Positions 61,701-64,000 of a DNA stretch of 64,000 nt are shown in pieces (position 1 is the first letter of the stretch; every line of letters begins with the position of its first letter). The DNA is from Amphiscolops sp. MND2022 (Eukaryota). The stretch lies in NCBI GenBank assembly GCA_964187785.1, contig OZ076415.1:15810001-15874000 (forward strand). The letters run 5' to 3'. Made by a program: the position numbers and the translations under genes. The notes under the pieces were generated by a model. It had not been told where the DNA came from. It saw only the letters and a program-made list of their open reading frames with translations, and made no database searches.

Positions 61701-63687
61701 GGGGTCCAAATACTCACGGACTACACTTGTGAATGCTGACAAAGAACGGTTAAGACCTTGGGCTAGACGTAAAAAGGCAAAAGTTCTAGAACCAAAATTA
61801 AACGATAACAGTTGGACAGACTGCTCATCGGCCATTGGAATGCAATGGTAGGCCTGGGAACAATCAAGTTTACAGAAATACTTTTTCCCGGCCATGTGTT
61901 GGGCAGCGTCAGCAATTGTTGTTACGGGATGGTTGTGTTCACCGTAATCGTTTTTGATCAAGTGGTTTATTCTTCTCAAGTCAACTAAAATCCTCAATTT
62001 ACCATTTGGTTTACGTTGAGCAAATATCGGAGATGAGTATTTGCTATGAGGCAAAGTAGTTATGATCCCGTACTCTTGCATTAAAGCTAACTCCACGAGC
62101 AAATCGTCTTTCAAATTTGTCGGAGTAGGGAGACTTTGTGAATAAACAGGTTCTTCATGTTGGGGTGTTAGCTTAACTTTAAAATCAGTGTTCATGCCAA
62201 TATCAAAACGATGTCTAGCAAAAATGGAGTTGTACTTTACCAGCAACTCCTCTACCTGTAACCGTTGAGACGGAGTAAGAAGCGAGTCGTCCCAGTTGAA
62301 GTTCTTCAGGAAGTTCATCCGTTGTTCATCGGATTGGGACGAGTCAAGCTTCTCGAGCTCTCGTAGTGCCAGAATCTCATCATAGATTCGTCGCTCAATT
62401 GCGTTGAGTTTGTCTGGCTCACTGCACGTCTCGGGAGTTGGGTACCACTTAGTTGACTTCATTTCAGGGTTCACGAACAGTTGGTTGATCACTGCTTCCG
62501 CCTCATCTGGGTACTTGGTGATCAGGTTCAAGTGTTCGACTGGCATGGGTGTGATGTTTGCCGCCTGATGTGGTGTCGGTATGCGAAAGTGTGCTAGAGT
62601 GGTGTTGGCATCAAGTGTGAACGTGTGGTTGTTCGGGTTGGTGACCTGGATTGTCGTCTTGCCCTCGTCTAGGTCAACCAAAGCTGGAGAAACAAGCAAA
62701 CACGTCTTTCGCATGAATCCAGGTGAGCCCTCAACTGTACCAGTTGTAAGTGAGATGTCTGCGTCGCTGTGGACCTGTATCATCACTTGATGGAGAGGAG
62801 GGATCACTGTTCTGGTACTGGAACACAAATCAATTAAACCTGTTTTGAATCTGTCTAACTTGCATGGACATCATGTGATTAGGGAAGTGGACAAGGTGGT
62901 TTTTTATGTCTAAGTTGACTGAGTACTTTTCAAAGAATGACATTCCAGTTAAAATTGTGCCCATTGTTGGAAGGATTAGGAACGTTTCTTCAAAGACTTT
63001 TCCAGCAACGTAAAATCTAAGTAAGACTTGCTTACGTACTGGGACTAAGTTCCCGTTTGCTATTTGAATTTTGAAATTCGGAGGGGGGAGTTCTTGAAGG
63101 ATGGCTTCTGGATGAGCCGTTGTTATTTTTCGCAATTCTGCTTCAGACATTGCACTTTGAATTGCGCCTGTATCTAAAAGTGCGCTGTTTTCATATTTGT
63201 CAAACTGAAGAGGGACGTAAAGCATTTTATCTTTCTTGTTTAAGTGTAAAGTGGGACTGAGAACGTGAATTTCTCTTTTAGTTGCATGATTTTTAGCTTT
63301 TGAAACGTTAATACTACTCTGTTTTGCATGTTTTTTAATACTAAGCCGTTTGTCGATTGTTGAGTGTGAAGTCGAGTCGTCCTCAAGATGGTTGGTTTCC
63401 ATCTCTTTGGCATCTTCCACCTGCCTCATGGTGTTTTGTTGCCAGTTCATCGTTTGTTCATCGTTGATTTCAGCGAGTGGAGAAAAGCGGCTGCCGTTGC
63501 GTTGACGTGCATTTCCCATCGCTTTTTCATCGTTAGAAAGTCTTCGCTGATAGACGTCGTCAGCTTTTGGTCGTTTGTCCAGTGAAGGCTGCCATTTCTT
63601 CATTGGACGGTCGTGTGTAGTCGGTTGAGTCGAAAGTTGTTTGTCGCGCGTTGTATTTCTAGCGGGCGGAAATCGTGGCTGAATCAA
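58758..63687 (-). pseudogene. pol: E3 pol: protease, dUTPase-like segment, RT, RNase H, integrase with GPY/F motif; disrupted
   Basis: LLDTGA, QYDDD (YVDD in E1), CDAS, GHPGSKKM..C..C, ILTDKG, WKGPY. Frameshift near 62829, deletion of about 50 codons near 59585 relative to E1, frameshift at the poly-G near 59005. Confidence 0.93.
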
Positions 63688-64000
63688 AAACCCTGGTTAA
63701 TGTCTTCATCAGAGTAGCTTAGTTGTTCATCGTCCTCAGTAATTGCTTGCATTGGATTCATCGGCTTTTGCTGTCGTTTTAAATCTTGTCGTCTAGCCTT
63801 GTTGTCGTCCTGTGAATTCGTTGTGTATGGAATCTTTCCATATGCAGAGCTGCTTTCCTTGGGAACGCGTCGTCTGCAATCTCTGGCTGAGTGTCCGGTG
63901 TAGCCACAAATCTGACAGACCAACTTCGGATTGTATTTCGGTTTGTCTGGGTCTGCTGCTTTCTTCATTGGAATTGCATCTTCTTTCTTAATGCCATTTG
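63684..64000 (-). CDS. gag: E3 Gag C-terminus with zinc knuckle and -1 slippery site G GGT TTT (63687-63693)
   Basis: CQICGYTGHSARDC; ...CAG GGT TTT TGA. The -1 frame continues TTG ATT CAG into pol. Confidence 0.88.
   Translation of the reverse strand, partial: NGIKKEDAIPMKKAADPDKPKYNPKLVCQICGYTGHSARDCRRRVPKESSSAYGKIPYTTNSQDDNKARRQDLKRQQKPMNPMQAITEDDEQLSYSDEDINQGF

Larger units (their letters stand above)
48430..64000 (-). mobile_element. Large Gypsy-type element E3 (>15.5 kb; 5' part beyond the window)
   Basis: gag end, pol, antisense spliced gene, degenerate same-sense ORF, and a putative 3' LTR ending ...CTTGACA. Module order is the same as E2. Confidence 0.87.

Overview
AT-rich eukaryotic (animal-like) DNA dominated by transposable elements. 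I find four related Ty3/Gypsy-type LTR elements: E1 1863-9618(-), E2 16321-25610(+, internally deleted), E4 ~26870-30000(-, decayed) and E3 48430->64000(-). There is also a full-length but disrupted BEL/Pao element (33065-39721, 440-bp LTRs, GTCTA TSD), a dead hAT transposon (11522-13937), long palindromes and MITE-like repeats. One small three-exon host gene (10040-16175) encodes a 138-aa Cys-rich type I membrane protein that the ORF track misses. The Gypsy elements share an unusual architecture. Their LTRs start inside an accessory ORF (motif S-[QH]-AAAC) and end inside gag at GAC-A|TGG, so the primer-binding site is coding, and no polypurine tract is visible. E2 and E3 carry an antisense, intron-containing gene derived from a hAT-type transposase, with a 486-nt phase-0 exon in both families. 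E3 has dozens of helically phased GATGAA-N5-GATGAA dyads in its non-coding DNA. My hypothesis (inference) is a large retrotransposon lineage with its own DNA-binding regulator and operator-like arrays. All alignments, translations and counts were done by eye; no database searches were run.
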